A DNA stretch of 64,000 nucleotides from Cenococcum geophilum (taxonomy: Eukaryota), in assembly GCA_050273025.1 (NCBI GenBank), contig CP158635.1, positions 19,220,001-19,284,000 of the forward strand. The letters run 5' to 3'. The notes beneath the pieces are model-generated. The model did no database searches, was not told the DNA's origin, and saw only the letters and a list, made by a program, of their open reading frames with translations. Shown here one piece after another: positions 13,730 to 26,888 of this stretch. How positions within the stretch are numbered: position 1 is the first letter of the stretch; each line of letters opens with the position of its first letter. Made by a program: the position numbers and the translations under genes.

Positions 13730-14280
13730 TAGCGGACCTAGTAACATCTACTCTTTAGTTAAGTTAATCGCTGCACCTTATAGCTAGAGGCCTTCTAAGC
13801 TAAAGCCCTATACCTAAACTTATAAAACCGCTTAAAGCCCTTAATATAGCATTGGAAAAGCTTGCCTAGATATTAACTATAATAAATACTAAATTTATAG
13901 CACTAGAGCTCCCTTTATAAAGTTATAGCAAGTATTATAAAGAGCTTAATAAATAGATTAGTTAGGCGGCTTAATTAGGTACTTATAACTGGGCCATATT
14001 TAAGTATATAGGCTAGGATATCTTTGGCTTTACACATACTTTAAAAATATATACATCTACTATTATAATAAAGATAATAGATATTGCGTTATATATTAAA
14101 GGCGTACTTATAAAGACTAGAGCTAACACTAGTATAGGTCTATAGGCAATATTACGTTTACTAGAGAATGCCTTAAGGAATATAAAAAGCTTATTAAAGA
14201 CACTTAGTCCGCCATCCTTAAAGAACTAGAAGGTAAGGTTTATTAGTTAGGCAAAATAAAATAGTAGCTTAGTAAATTAA
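13730..14280 (+). pseudogene. RIP-degraded gene with fungal STAND N-terminal (Helo_like_N)-type domain
   Basis: Reads ...ALELPL(Q)S(C)SK...(D)WAIFKY(M)G*DIFGFTHTLK.YTSTI...ECL(E)EY(E)KLIKDT, which matches my recollection of the family consensus. Confidence 0.55.
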
Positions 14281-16779
14281 ATTTTCTATTACACTATAGG
14301 TTGACGTATAGTTATTTATTAAACTAGTCTAGGCTATCTATTAATAGCTGCTGCTGTTATATATTTTCTTAATATGGCCGTAGGGGCCGTTTACCTAGGG
14401 TGAAATACTGGCACTATTAATACTAAAAAAATTTAGTACTGTATTAACTACTATTCTATTCTTAACCTAATCTTATTATCCGCGTATATATATTATACTT
14501 AACATTTCTTAAGATAGTCTTTCTCTAAATTTCTTAATATTTGCAATACTTATACATTCTTTATATTAGGGCCCGCTAAAAGCTTTCTAATATTATTAGG
14601 AAGGCTGTAAAATATCTCTAAAGGCTCTAACGGCTAAATCTTGTACCAGCCGGACTCTGCTACAATTTTAACGCCACTAATACTAGTAATTTTTCTGGTA
14701 TAATTACTATAGAGGAACTATAAATAGTGTAGATAGTAGTAAAAGAATAAAAGATTAGAGATATGGTAAAGTATAAGGCTTTGCACGCCTAAGGTAATGC
14801 CAAGCTAGGTGCTTATACTGCGCTACACTGTGTATAGGGCTGGGATAATAAAATATACTCTTGCTCCTTATAACAAGTAATAACTAAGGAAGCATCCAAC
14901 TAATCTAAAAAAGGTCTTTTATTTAACGACTAAAATTAGATATTTAATTTTTAAGGTCTACATAATCCCCTAAACCTCCTTGACATTATTACCTCCTCTC
15001 TAGTACTTAGCCCTAAGTTAAGTAGTAATACTAATTATTTAAGTAACAGGAAATTTTATTAATAACTCTCCGCTTTATCTAATTACTTTTATAGTATCTT
15101 AAGTCCAAATAAATCTAGAATATCTTTTTAATGGGCATTCTTATCTTATCTTTACGCTTACTCTAGTTACTCTTATTTATATTGGCCCTAATCTTAATAT
15201 AGCGCTTAACAGCCTTATTTCTAGTCTAACCACTATACTTAATAAGAAAGGGAACAAGCCTCGCTATTTTGCTATAATGTATAGTCTTATAAATATTATA
15301 ATACTACTTAATTACTTTAAGCCCGGCGAGGATATATATCTTTAACTTCTATAATTATACCTCTAAGGTGGTATATTTACGGTATACACTCTTAAAGATA
15401 TAAAACTCTTAGGGCGTATTAACAACCAACTAAAAGTAATCTATAAATACTAACCAAAGCTAGAGGTTCCTTTTAGATATATTAAAAACTAGCGCGGATA
15501 TAGACCTAGAGATTACCCTATTTATATATAAATGGTAAACACTAGTACCTCCTAGGATATCTGGCAAGAATTTAAAGCCGCTATAAGTACTTTTAATTAA
15601 AGGCTTCTCTAATAGACATTTAGCTAATAATACTAAGTTAAGGAAAAACTGTTTAAAGCCTAAGAAGGGGAAATGTCTATTAGAGGTAGGAGATATTAGC
15701 CAGAATAATATAATAAAGCGTTAATTATAGATATAGTAATTTAAGAGATAGAGTTAAGAAATAATATTCTTAAGTTTTTCTATTTAAGGCTAGAGGAATT
15801 TAAAAAGAGACTAAGGTTTTATTTAACTTAGCTATATTTATAACTATAAATAAAGAGTATTATATTGGGCACTTCTGACTTTAAAAGGCTTATTCTATTA
15901 ATTCTGGCGTCCTATACTCTAAATCATAGCTATATATACTCTACAATGTCCTTATATTCCAGACATTATTTAGATTATTTTCTATATACTATATGCCGTT
16001 TTATCTAGCCGTATTACACTTATACGTATACTTATTAGAGTAAAAGTAACCGTAACTATATAAGAGTGTTTCCTAAATATATATAGTATACCTTTAAAGA
16101 TAAGTTAGCTGCTTTCTATAGATAGTAAAAAACGATTTTATAAACTTAAGGCAGAATGCTAGATCTCCTCCTATAGGAATTTGTAGTCTTATAGCCTTTT
16201 ACAGAGTAATACTTCCTAAAGCTGTTAGTATAGAACAGAGCTAAGGAAAGTAAACTTTAGTAGGTATATAAACTATTAATATTTATCTCTACTTAAATAA
16301 GGCTAGATATATATATATTAGTACGGATATATTAGCAGTAAAGATATATAAAAACAGCTATATATAGCAAGAAAATGCACTTAGATATTTAAACTATTCC
16401 ATTTTAAGGTGCCTACGGTAAGGCTCTAAAATATTAAGTAGTAGCCTTATAGGTATTACTAACTAGTAAATATAGATCCTTTTATATCTTAGATATTAAT
16501 ATCTAATAATGCTACCTATAAGTCAATATCTAAAACGCAGTAAAAGTAATAGTATTCTATAAATAAAATAAAGCAGGGGCTATTCTACTATAGGCTTAGT
16601 AGGGCATTCTAAGAGGATATTTTCGCTATAAATGCCTTTATTAAGAGGATTATACCTAAAATATGCCTTTAAGCAAGCTCGTATAGCATAAACTGCCAAT
16701 TTAGCAGCGAGATAATAAATATATGCGCTCTAGATACTGCCTTTTATCTAGCTCTTCTACCTATTGCTATAAAGCCTTT

Positions 16780-17250
16780 ATTTATACAGAAGCTCAAAAG
16801 CGCTCTACTTTAGTGCAGCTAAGTAGGTATATAAATAACAAGTCGATTTCCCCTGCCATTATAGTTATATTTATTTAACTAGTATTATTAGCTAGTGCCT
16901 CTTCCCTGCTGGAGGCTATATACTATATCTTATCCTTAATAAACCTAAATAGTAACTTATCTTGCTTAAGCCGACGCTTTATCTTATTGTGTAAGCTAAA
17001 AGGATATCTACAGATTTTAATTATTATGTCTTTAAGAAACGCGATAACTTAGGGAGCTTAGGTAAAGGCTTTCTTATTAGTTAGCGGAGGCATTAAAGGC
17101 GCGCCTATAAAGCCTAAAGGCGGTATAATATGCTGAGATTCTTTTAGAAGAGGCTGCAATGTAAATATAGCCGTATGTTATAGCATAAGATGGGCTATAT
17201 CCTAAAGTTAAATAGTGGTTATCTTAAGGACTGGTTGGGGTTTAGGGGTT
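16780..17250 (-). pseudogene. Fragment of a fungal hypothetical protein, possibly PD-(D/E)XK nuclease-like family
   Basis: PL(T)PPLT(DE)KAFT(Q)AP(R)VIAF...(DE)I(E)RRLKQDKLL.RFIKDKI*Y-[intron]-Y(D)Y...RLVI.(M)PT..H. The catalytic part was not seen. Confidence 0.4.
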
Positions 17251-18039
17251 TCGGCATAGTTTAGTTAACTTAGTAACCGCGCTAAGCTAAACGACAAGCA
17301 GTAGAGGTAGTGCATTACCGCTATAACGCTATACTTAAGATAATACCAACTATAGTTCCCTAGGAAGTAGACCCTTAATTATTAAGGGTATACTTTTTAA
17401 GATTAAGGAATAGAGAATATAGAGTAAATGGGTAACCGGTTAGCGTAATACTCTTAAATATGGCATAGTAGTAGTAAGGCACTGCTATAGTTACTACTAA
17501 CGCTATTATATGCTACTCGGCTATTTAGTATAGCATAATTGCTAAGTTAATAGAAGCCTGTTAAACCTTAACTAGTTCTCGCGACTACTACCGCCTAACT
17601 TTATAATATGGATCTTCCTATAGTATAATACACGGCTATATTTACTATAGATTCTGCTAGCAAGAAGAAAGCTTACTCGCGGTTATAGATACTAAAATCA
17701 CTATTAGGTAGGACTAAAAGTAAGGATACTAGTGCCTTTAGGGTAGTTAGTTGTTTATTATACTTAACTATATACCTTATATATCGTCTAGAGCGCGGGA
17801 AGTAGCCTAGCCGCAATAACTTAATTTTAATATTCGCTCTTTATTCCGCTAACATCTGGTCTATTAGACCGGTTAAAGCCGGTAATTCTATTCTAGCTAT
17901 ATATAAGCTTCTACTAATCTAATTAAGTAAAATTGCTTTATAATAAAAGCTGTAGTGTAAGACATCTAATTAATTTAGAGACTCTATGTTTATAAATACT
18001 ATATTACTAGAAGAAAGAGTTTCTAAAAGTTAAATAGCC

Positions 18040-18261
18040 GTCAAGCTGCTCCTAATTGATAATAGTAGGAAGATGATTTTAAATATCTAGGCGATTACAA
18101 CCATTCTTCTAGAAGAAATTCTTAAGTCTTACTATATTTCCCTCGTCCTTTTTGCATACAAAATGCAGTACTTTAAGATTAACACTAGCAGTACCTCTAT
18201 ACTTAATCCTCCTCTCTACTACAAATCTTCGTTTATACTTAAGGAATCGTGCCTTTTATAT
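18040..18261 (-). pseudogene. N-terminal fragment of a DUF3723-type (Starship auxiliary) gene
   Basis: Minus frame reads (M)*KARFLKYKRRFVVERRIKYRGTASVNLKVLHFVCKKDEGNIVRLKNFF*KNGCNRLDI*NHLPTIIN. The ERR.KY.GTA / NV.RL..F / GC.RL..NH.P pattern is typical of DUF3723 protein N-termini. Confidence 0.7.
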
Positions 18262-18409
18262 ATCTATATAGCCTATTTAATAATATTTGCTACTGGAGAA
18301 CAGGTTATTTATTATAACTTATATAAGTTTTTACTAGGCTTTAAATATTATCCTTAAAACCTAATTCTAGGACCCTCTATTTTTAGCTAACTGTAATTAG
18401 GGAATCCTA

Positions 18410-18700
18410 GTTACGTTTAAAGAATAGCTATATCTAAAGAACAGCTACGTTTAGAGAATTATTGGATATCTAATTGGCCTAAAATAACCGGTCCTCTTAG
18501 CAGCGCTAAATAGGAGAACTATGTCTAGAGAACAGCTATGTTTAGAGAATAGCTATATCTAGAGAATAGCCATGTCTAGAGAATAGCTATATTTAGAGAA
18601 TAGCTACGTTTAAATAGTAGTTACGTTTAGAGAACAGTTACGTCCGGAGAGTAAGAACGCTACGTCTAATAGCTATATCTAGAATAGCCACGTCTAAAGT
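18410..18700. repeat. 17-bp minisatellite AGAATAGCTATATCTAG
   Basis: Seven or eight consecutive 17-bp units at ~18515-18648, plus flanking copies. Confidence 0.9.
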
Positions 18701-19479
18701 TTATAAAGCGCCTCTAAAGGTAAGTATAAAATCTATAATCTAATATAATTAAGATAGTAGAGGTTTTGTATAGAATATAATTAGCGATTTAGAACGCCTA
18801 TAGATAAAACCTTTATAGCATCTAGAGCTGCTTTAGCACTCTTTTTTATAGTTAAGCTTTATTAAGAAGTAAGTATAAGGATACTTTATATATAAGATAT
18901 AAGGGCGTTACTTACGAGATATAATATATAGTTTAGCGCCAGACTTCTAAAGAAAGGACTTCTGCGGCTACTAGGACTTAGTTTTCTTCCGTTCTAAATA
19001 GAAATTGGCCGGAAAATTTAGCTCTAGGTAACTATTACGTAGATCTAATAGCTTACCTTAGCAAGCTTAGACCGTAAAATTAATTAGCGGATATTGCTAA
19101 CCTTTTTAGTCAAAAAGTTAATTCTATAGTGTGGAAACTGTAAAGCTTATTGACCTAAGTTTATAAGTGGTCTGTTACTTTCAGGTCCTAAATTTTTAAA
19201 CTCTGATTATAATTAACTACTCTATTATATTTTAAGCAGAGGGCTCTATATTAAAGCTCTACAGTCTAAGTATATACTATTTATAACTAATATAATCTTA
19301 ATTACGAACTATAAAAGCTATATTAAAAGTCTTTAACCTAAAAGCCTCTATATTAAAAGCCTCTAAGTAAGGGCCTATTAAGCATAAACTCGGGTTAAAA
19401 TTTTTGTTGGCGGACCCCTAACAATCTATATATTGCTTTTAGTTTACCCTATATATAAGGGCAGATTTAAGTAAGCTAA

Positions 19480-19580
19480 GGGAAGATAAAGCCCTACGGG
19501 AATAAAGCTCTATAAGAATAATCCCCTAGGGGAATAGAGCCCTAGGGGAATAGAACCGCAAGGGAGTAGAAATATAAGGG
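19480..19580. repeat. 17-bp minisatellite GGAATAGAGCCCTAGGG
   Basis: Five or six diverged units. Confidence 0.7.
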
Positions 19581-20579
19581 CTTCTATAAATAGGCGAATC
19601 GCTAGGATTTATTTTTGTCCTCAGCTTCTTGGCTTTTAATTAGTTAGTACGCTTTACTAAGCTTTACTAGCTTACGCTTTAATAAGTTACCCTATACCGT
19701 TTTATATAAGTTATATCTAAGGCTACTACCTAGACTTAGAGAGAAAGAAAGAGGGGGATTAAGTAGGCTCTAAAAATTAAGTATTTAGCTTTAGGTATAA
19801 ACAAAGGGCTATTTTTAGCTTCTAAGAGGGTCCTAATTTTGGATATTTTAAAAGCCTAAAATTAGGTCCTTTATTTTTAGGGTTTACTTAATCCCCTAAA
19901 CCTCCTCACTCCTATCTTTAACCTTTACTTTTTCTTTTAAGCAAATAGCGTAAAAAATCCCAATTAAGTAATAAAATTTCCGTATAGCTTTCCTATCCTA
20001 CTAGCAAAGTTATTAAGAAAACGCCAAGCATCTATATAATGCATCTTTTAGCTAAGACAAGACGCCACGCCAAATTTATAGGGCTAGTGCTAATCCCTGA
20101 GGAAGACCTATAACAATAACACTTAAATTAGACTGGTATAAAGGGAGTTACTTAGTTATAACTGGTATAAAAAATAAACTGGTATATTTTTAGTATTGGA
20201 TTAGACTAGTATAAAGAGTTTACTAGTAGAAAGCGTGGATTAGTAATACGTTATTAGAAGGATAAGGACTAGTACTGCAAACCTACTAGTAAAAAAAGTG
20301 TACTAGTATATAAGGCTAGTAGTTTTATACCAGTTTAAAAATTATACTATTTTATATACTGTTTACACCTATATACTAATACATTCTATACGCCAATCTA
20401 TATTATATACTAGTTTAATAACTTCTAAAGATAGTAACCCTAATAACTAGTTAGCCTATTAGTTAAACCTGTTAACTAGTTAACCTAATTAACTAAGCCT
20501 AATTAATAGCCCTATTTACCAGTCAACCCTATTTAAATAATTAAACTCCACTTAACCTAATTGCAGAATTATGGATTAA

Positions 20580-20830
20580 ATATATCCTATATATAGTATT
20601 TGTTAGTTATTATAGTACTATAAATATAGAATTTTATTATAATTTTATAGGAGGTTAGTTTAATAATTTGTAGTCCTATACTTAGCTTTATAGAATACAC
20701 GCCCTTTTAGCATATAGGTAGATATACGTTTAGAATTTAACTACCCTTTTTCTTTTACATTTATTCTTATTAATAGTTGGTAGCAGTATGTTACTTAACT
20801 ATACTATCCATTGGCTAGTAATATATGTAC
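20580..20830 (+). pseudogene. Orphan 3' end and 3' flank of a paralogous AAA+ ATPase gene
   Basis: Aligns by eye to ~5170-5455, sharing TAGTCCTATACTTAG at the stop, CTTATTAATAGTT and GTTACTTAACTATACT, with indels. Confidence 0.75.
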
Positions 20831-23569
20831 ATTCTAATAAATTTATATTATATAGCTTTGGTATAATATAAACACACAGAATACTTATATTATTAGGGGG
20901 TATATAGATATATATAAGCGACCTTAAATCTAAACGTATACTAGGATACTATCTTATTCGCTATAAATAATAGGGTATAGCGCCAAGCAGGCTATTTTAC
21001 TATAGGTTTAGTTAGTAAGTATCCTAAAAGGATATTTCCCCTCTAGATGCCCCGGCTAAGAGCTTAAATACTATTAAATATTTTTCTAAAAATAATAGGG
21101 CTATATAATAGGAAAGGCCGCTAGAAATAAATTACTCTTAGGGTAATACTTTTAGGCTATAAGTTGCTCCTAGGCGCTGTAGCTATATACTTTCTACAGG
21201 GAGCATATTTCTTTAGCCGTATACTTTTTATAGGCTGCTATTACTAGTACTTAGCTCCTAGTTATCTAGGTAGAGCTTTTAGGAGGGCTTAATATTTAAG
21301 AGGTTTAATCTTAGGAGGGCTCTTAGTCTAGGAGGGCCGGTTTTAGAAGGAATATAATCCTAAAAGAAATAATTATTCTGTTATAGGATGCTGTAGAACT
21401 TTTAAAAATATATTCCCTAGAAACCTAAGGCCTTTAAAAGACTAATTCTTCTAGGAGTCTTAGGTTCCTAAGAGCTTAATCTTAGGTCTAGGACTACTAA
21501 AAGACTATTACTAAGACTTAGCTACTTAGACTTAGAGGCTCTTTAGAGAATTAATCCTAAGAGCCTAAGGCTTTTAGAAGACTAGAGCACCTAATTTTAT
21601 TATAAGGTCAAAAACATTCTAATTAGAACCCTCTTAGAGACTACTAAAAATAACTACTATTAAAAATTACACCCCCCTAAAATTAAACCCTTTTTTTTAC
21701 CGCTCTTTTTTCCTAGCCCTTACTATATATAAGCTTAGATTAACTACGGAGAACCTTATAAGAGTCTGTAATTAAACTGCCTACTTTTAGTATAAATATA
21801 ACGCCAATAGACCCTTAGACGCCTACGTTAATACCAGTAAATATATCTACTAAGCGGATATTAAGGCCTCCTATTAAGTGCGAATTAAAATCATTTACCT
21901 TTATAAATCCTAAACCCTCTAGAGAGGGTGCATCTATATACCTTTACCTACTAATATAAGCAGCCGCGTAGGAGGGCTAACTAGTTATATAATAATTTGC
22001 TTAGTAATTAACCTTAATTATCCCTAGAAGGATAAAGCGATAATAAGGACTATATTAATAATAAAGACTGCATTAACAGTAAAGACTATATTAGCCTAGC
22101 GTTAAATTAGATTAAAAATGACTTAGGTTAAATTAAAAACAACTTAGAGATTAAGTCCTTAGGAATTAATAGTTATATATTAGTTAACACTTATTTTTAT
22201 AAATTAAGAATTAAAATACTTATTAATCTAACCACGCTGTAAAAGCTTATAAGCTATTATACTAAGCCAGTAAGTTAGGTAATTAATTAGCTATAAGAAG
22301 AAAAAGCTCTCTATAGTAAAGACTATCAATTTTAAACTCTCTTCCTCTATATAATTTACTTACGGTCGTTACTAGCCAGTTATATAAAAGTACATTAGTA
22401 TCTCCATTTTGATTTCTTTGGTAACCTAGCCTTCTAGCTATACTACTCCGTTAATTCTTATTTAAGCTATTAAACTTTACTTTCTTAGTCTCCCTTTATA
22501 AGATTCGTGTAGTTAGGAGCAATAAATTATAATATAAGTTTCCTAGCTAGCTCTTCTTGCGATTTACGGACTGTTGTATTATTGTATATATAGTGGATAA
22601 GTTATACAGTCTAAACACGTATTTACTTATTAAGGTAAGAGGCCGTAGCTTTAAGGAATTTATAGTTGCTTTCTAGAGATCTAGAGCTTAAGTAATTAGC
22701 TGTGGTAGTGTATTTAGTTAGTAGAAACCCTTACCAGTATCTAGTTTATTTATTACAGCTATAGGTTTTTAGTTAGTTTAGGTGATCCTATCTTTTCTTC
22801 TATATTATATATTATATTATTAGGCTCCGGATTTGGAATAAGATAGTCCTAAGTGTATAAAAAGATTAGGAAGCGTTTAATTGTTTTATAATTAAATTCT
22901 ATCTAGTTAATTACTTCTTCCTTAGATTCTTTCTAGCCTTTATTTACTAAGGCATTTATTAAGCGAGCCTAAGCTAATTAGGACCTAGTTTTTAGTCCTA
23001 TTTTTATAGAGTTTCGCCTAGTTCTGGGCCCCTTAAGGCTACTAGGCTCTAGGTTCTCTTAAGTAAATTTACCCTTTATTATAACTAAAGGCAATAGCTT
23101 ATCAGCGTTTCCGGTGCTTATACTACCCGCCCTATTATAAATAGTTAGCGCCGTACGGTCCTTACAGTTCTTAGTAAGCCTTATAAAACTTTATACTATA
23201 CTTCTATATAATATCTTCTAGGACCCTATATTAGTTATTAGCCTAAAGTACGAAAATCTGCTATAGTATGCATAAAAATCGGAGTCCGATTTGTAAGTAA
23301 TTGTAATCTCTTTTAGACAGGGTGGTTCCTTTAAAACTTATAGCTAGTTTAGCTATACTAGCCCTCCTAATAGGGGGTATAAACTAATACACAGCTATAT
23401 AGCGTTATATTATTACTCTACTCCGCTCTACTTTACTTTACTTTATATACCTACCTACTTTACCTCACTTTATCTACCTTACTTTACTTTACTTACTTTT
23501 CTTCTCCCTACTATTTAAGCCTTTTTATAGATAGCTCCCACCCCTATACTTATAGACCACACTAGCCTT

Positions 23570-24570
23570 ATTACTATGCTTAATAATAGGATTTAGAAGG
23601 TTTTAAGCAGATTCTCCCCCTTAGAAGATCTTAAGGAAAACAGGCTATTAAAGGCAGTAGCCGTTGTTGGGGAGGACCCGGACACGATTATTAGTAATAA
23701 TTACTATAAAAAAGCTAGGATAATCCTTGTTAAGCTCTTATCTTTTTCCCTTAAAGTCTTCTTCCTATACGCTATTAGTACTACCCTAGATATGCTTAGT
23801 AAACTACGCTAAAACCTACGCGGTAAATGGGTATATGCTATAACTACTAATATCTACGCTAATGCTATCTTTAATTAGTGGCGCACTATGGCTAAGCTAA
23901 AGGGCCTAGCTTAGGCAATTAAGCACTACGCTATTTGGCTCCCTATATTGCTAAACTGGCTAAAGAGCCTAAACTAGGAGATAAAACGCTATGACGATTT
24001 ACCCTATAGGGCTATATTATAGGAAGGGGTATTTTTAATAATGCTCCTATATAACCTACTAGATTTTTTAAAGGATAAATATATGGATATACTAGTGTAG
24101 ATTAACTGCCTATTTAATAAGTGCTCTCTACCCTCTATTAAGTTTAGACTGGCAGAATAGGGTATAAAGATAAAGTTTGGCCTAGGTATTATAAAGGCGG
24201 TTATAGAGTATAGTATATAAAGGGAGGCTACTTATATTTAGCCAGCGGAACAAAGCTAGTAGTGTGTTTTATTATATTAATATAAGATAATACGTTGGCC
24301 AGCTTAGTATTATATACTAATTACTAGCGTCCATAATAAGGAGGAAATGCTTGTCCTTAAGATGCCGCCCCGTCTCTACATTTTCCGTTTTAACGTTACT
24401 ATATATCTTACCGCCTACCCATACCGCGCCGTTCTTGCTATATACCCTAACCACTATACTATAGAGCTTCTGCCCCTATAGTAGGCCCTTTTAAAAAGAG
24501 AAAAACTAACTCGTTTTAACCTCCTAGTCTTTAAGTATTATAGGGTTAGTAGACGGGAACTAGCGTATTA
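23570..24570 (+). pseudogene. RIP-degraded hypothetical gene(s) with the 'EVFFLC' motif
   Basis: KARIILVKLLSFSLKVFFLYAISTTLDMLSKLR near 23.7-23.8 kb, in a long coding-like frame broken by RIP-type stops. Confidence 0.35.
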
Positions 24571-25321
24571 ATTATTAGTGCTCTTATAAGGGGGAGGGGT
24601 ATATAGGGGATAGGGGTTTAAAATAAAACTTACCTTATCTTAAATCAGCTGCTAAAGCGCTATATTATCCTATATAATATTATTTACAACTAGCGTCTTT
24701 CTGTCTATACTAGGACGTAGAAGCGAATCTTATTAATAAAAATTTAATAGCCGTTGCTATAGGTCTATAGCCCCAAAGTAACTTAGTTAGTTAGTAGTAT
24801 TTTATATATAGAGGTAAACCCTAAAGCGACTACAATCTTATAAAGATTAGAGGTTTTAGATACGGTTTTACTAGTAAGATAGGCACTTTTTAAGAAGTCC
24901 TAATAGAAAGGTAACTACTTATATAGCTGCCTATAGCAAACTTTTACTTTACTAAGTAGGGCGATATATATACTAGATAGGCGCGATACTAAAGGTATAA
25001 TTGGGTTAGTTAGGCAAAGTAAAGTGGAGTAAAGTAGAGTAGAGTATATATAGAAGAAGGAAAGTAGTAGTATTAGGGGGGGGGGTATATGCTGTACTAT
25101 AGGGGATAGGAAAAGTAAAGTAAGGTAAGGACCTATATTATTAACGAATTAGTAACGTCTAGCTTTAGCCTTATATATTCCGGCTATAATAATAGGCTAA
25201 AAAGCTAGCTAGCGAAGGCCCTAAGGATTTAAAGATCCTTCTCTACTAGGTAGATCCTAAATTGTTAAGCTTAGACCTTACTTTTTATAGTACCTAGGGC
25301 AGGGTATATCCCTAGTATTAG

Positions 25322-26837
25322 TGTAAGCTTTGCAGTGTGTGGGAATTGAACGAGCGACTTAATTATAAATCTATGGAAATCAAGTGATATAAATACATGA
25401 AAGTAGACCCCGAACTTCGAAGCCCATAACTCATTTCTAACGTATCTGAGACATACGAGGGTAGTGCTGACGCAGGTGAAACAGGGTAATATGCAAGGTC
25501 CGGTAGTCGGTTACACACCCCCCCAGATTTGACGGTGTAGTCAAAGCTGTAGAAAGAAAAATGAAGGTAGAAACTGTACCAAAATAGGAAATTCGGATAC
25601 AATTTAGGAGTGGTGAAAGGATAGGGTAATGGTGTTTAAAAGCTGCTCAATTACATTAACGTGCTTTAGAAGCTGCTCAATCGCATTGACGTGCTTATGG
25701 AAGCTGCTCAATTGCATTGACGTGCTTTGGAAGCTGCTTAATTGTATTGACGTGCTTACGATTTGAAAGGGTCAAGAAGGGTCCAGTTAGCGTCTTGGCG
25801 TAACCTTATTTTGACGTTCCGAACTTTTGATTTGATTCGTCAGTTCGTCCGTCGGTCGGTCGTACGGTCGGGGGTCGTACGGTAGGTCGCGGTTCGGTTC
25901 GATCGATGTTCAATGTATTCGATGTTCGACGTAATCGATGTTCGATTTGATCGATGTTCTATCGTCCGTCCGTTTGGTGTAGTATTGGTGCCTCCCTAGG
26001 AAGCCTTGATTTGATTTGGCGACAGGCCTATATTAAGGCTCTGGTGTTCGCTAGCTGGTCGTTCGAACGGTTGTCTGGTTTTGGCGACGGTCCTTTGCTG
26101 GCTGCCGTCGGTCTGGTGCCTTCCTTGTGTCTACCCAGTATCCTTGTCTCTCACCATCAGTATATCCAAGCTAGCTTCTGCTCTGGCTCCGTGCTCTGGC
26201 ATCTCGCTCTGGCTCTGTGCTCTGGCATCTCGCTCTGGCTCTGTGCTCGGGCTATCGCGCTGGCTAGGCTCTTACTTAGACGCCATATGAGGTCGTTACG
26301 CTGTGGTGGATAGGTCGACTCTGTCGAATGGTTGTGTATCTAGGTTGAAGGAGGTTAGGGTTCGTACGGTCGTAGGTCGTACGGTCGGTCGGGTTCGGCT
26401 CGATCGATGTTCGATGTGATCGATGTTCGATGTAATCGATGTTCAATTTAATCAATATTCGATCGTCCGTCCGTTTGGTAAATGAAGGTAATCACGAGTA
26501 CAAGAGAGGTACCCGGAAGAAGCTCGAAACACTTGCAAAGGTGGAAGAAGTAGTGACTTCTTGAACGAGGTAGCAATTGATTGCTTAGTAAGCGCTGAAT
26601 GTACAGATCAGATGCAGTACGGTAGGCAGGCCGGGCTCATAACTGTAAGCTTTGCAGTGTGTGGGAATTGAACGAGCGACTTAATTATAAATCTATGGAA
26701 ATCAAGTGATATAAATACATGAAAGTAGACCCCGAACTCCGAAGCCTATAACTCATTTCCAACGTATCTGAGACATACGAGGGTAGTGCTGACGCAGGTG
26801 AAACAGGGTAATATGCAAGGTCCGGTAGTCGGTTACA
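25322..26837 (-). mobile_element. 1516-bp non-autonomous LTR retroelement (TRIM-like) with a Copia-type PBS
   Basis: 194-bp LTRs at 25322-25515 and 26644-26837 (TGTAAG...TTACA, 3 C/T differences) and a 5-bp TSD ATTAG. The minus strand has PBS GTTATGAGCCC next to the right LTR and a G-rich PPT next to the left LTR. No gag/pol motifs inside. Confidence 0.95.
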
Positions 26838-26888
26838 ATTAGCTTACCTTACTTTAGTAGGAGGTAAGACAACTATAATACGCCAAAG

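Noticed and set aside
18163..18357. 64-aa plus ORF
   Set aside because: Antisense to the DUF3723-type fragment, with I/Y/L/K-rich RIP composition.
22300..23200. Possible minus-strand BTB-associated gene remnant
   Set aside because: Resemblance too weak to call by eye.
23410..25130. (CTTTA)n-like and (TAAAG)n-like tracts as inverted termini
   Set aside because: Low complexity only, with no precise ends or TSD.
25363..26313. ORFs inside the mini LTR element
   Set aside because: They overlap the LTR or short tandem repeats and carry no gag/pol motifs.
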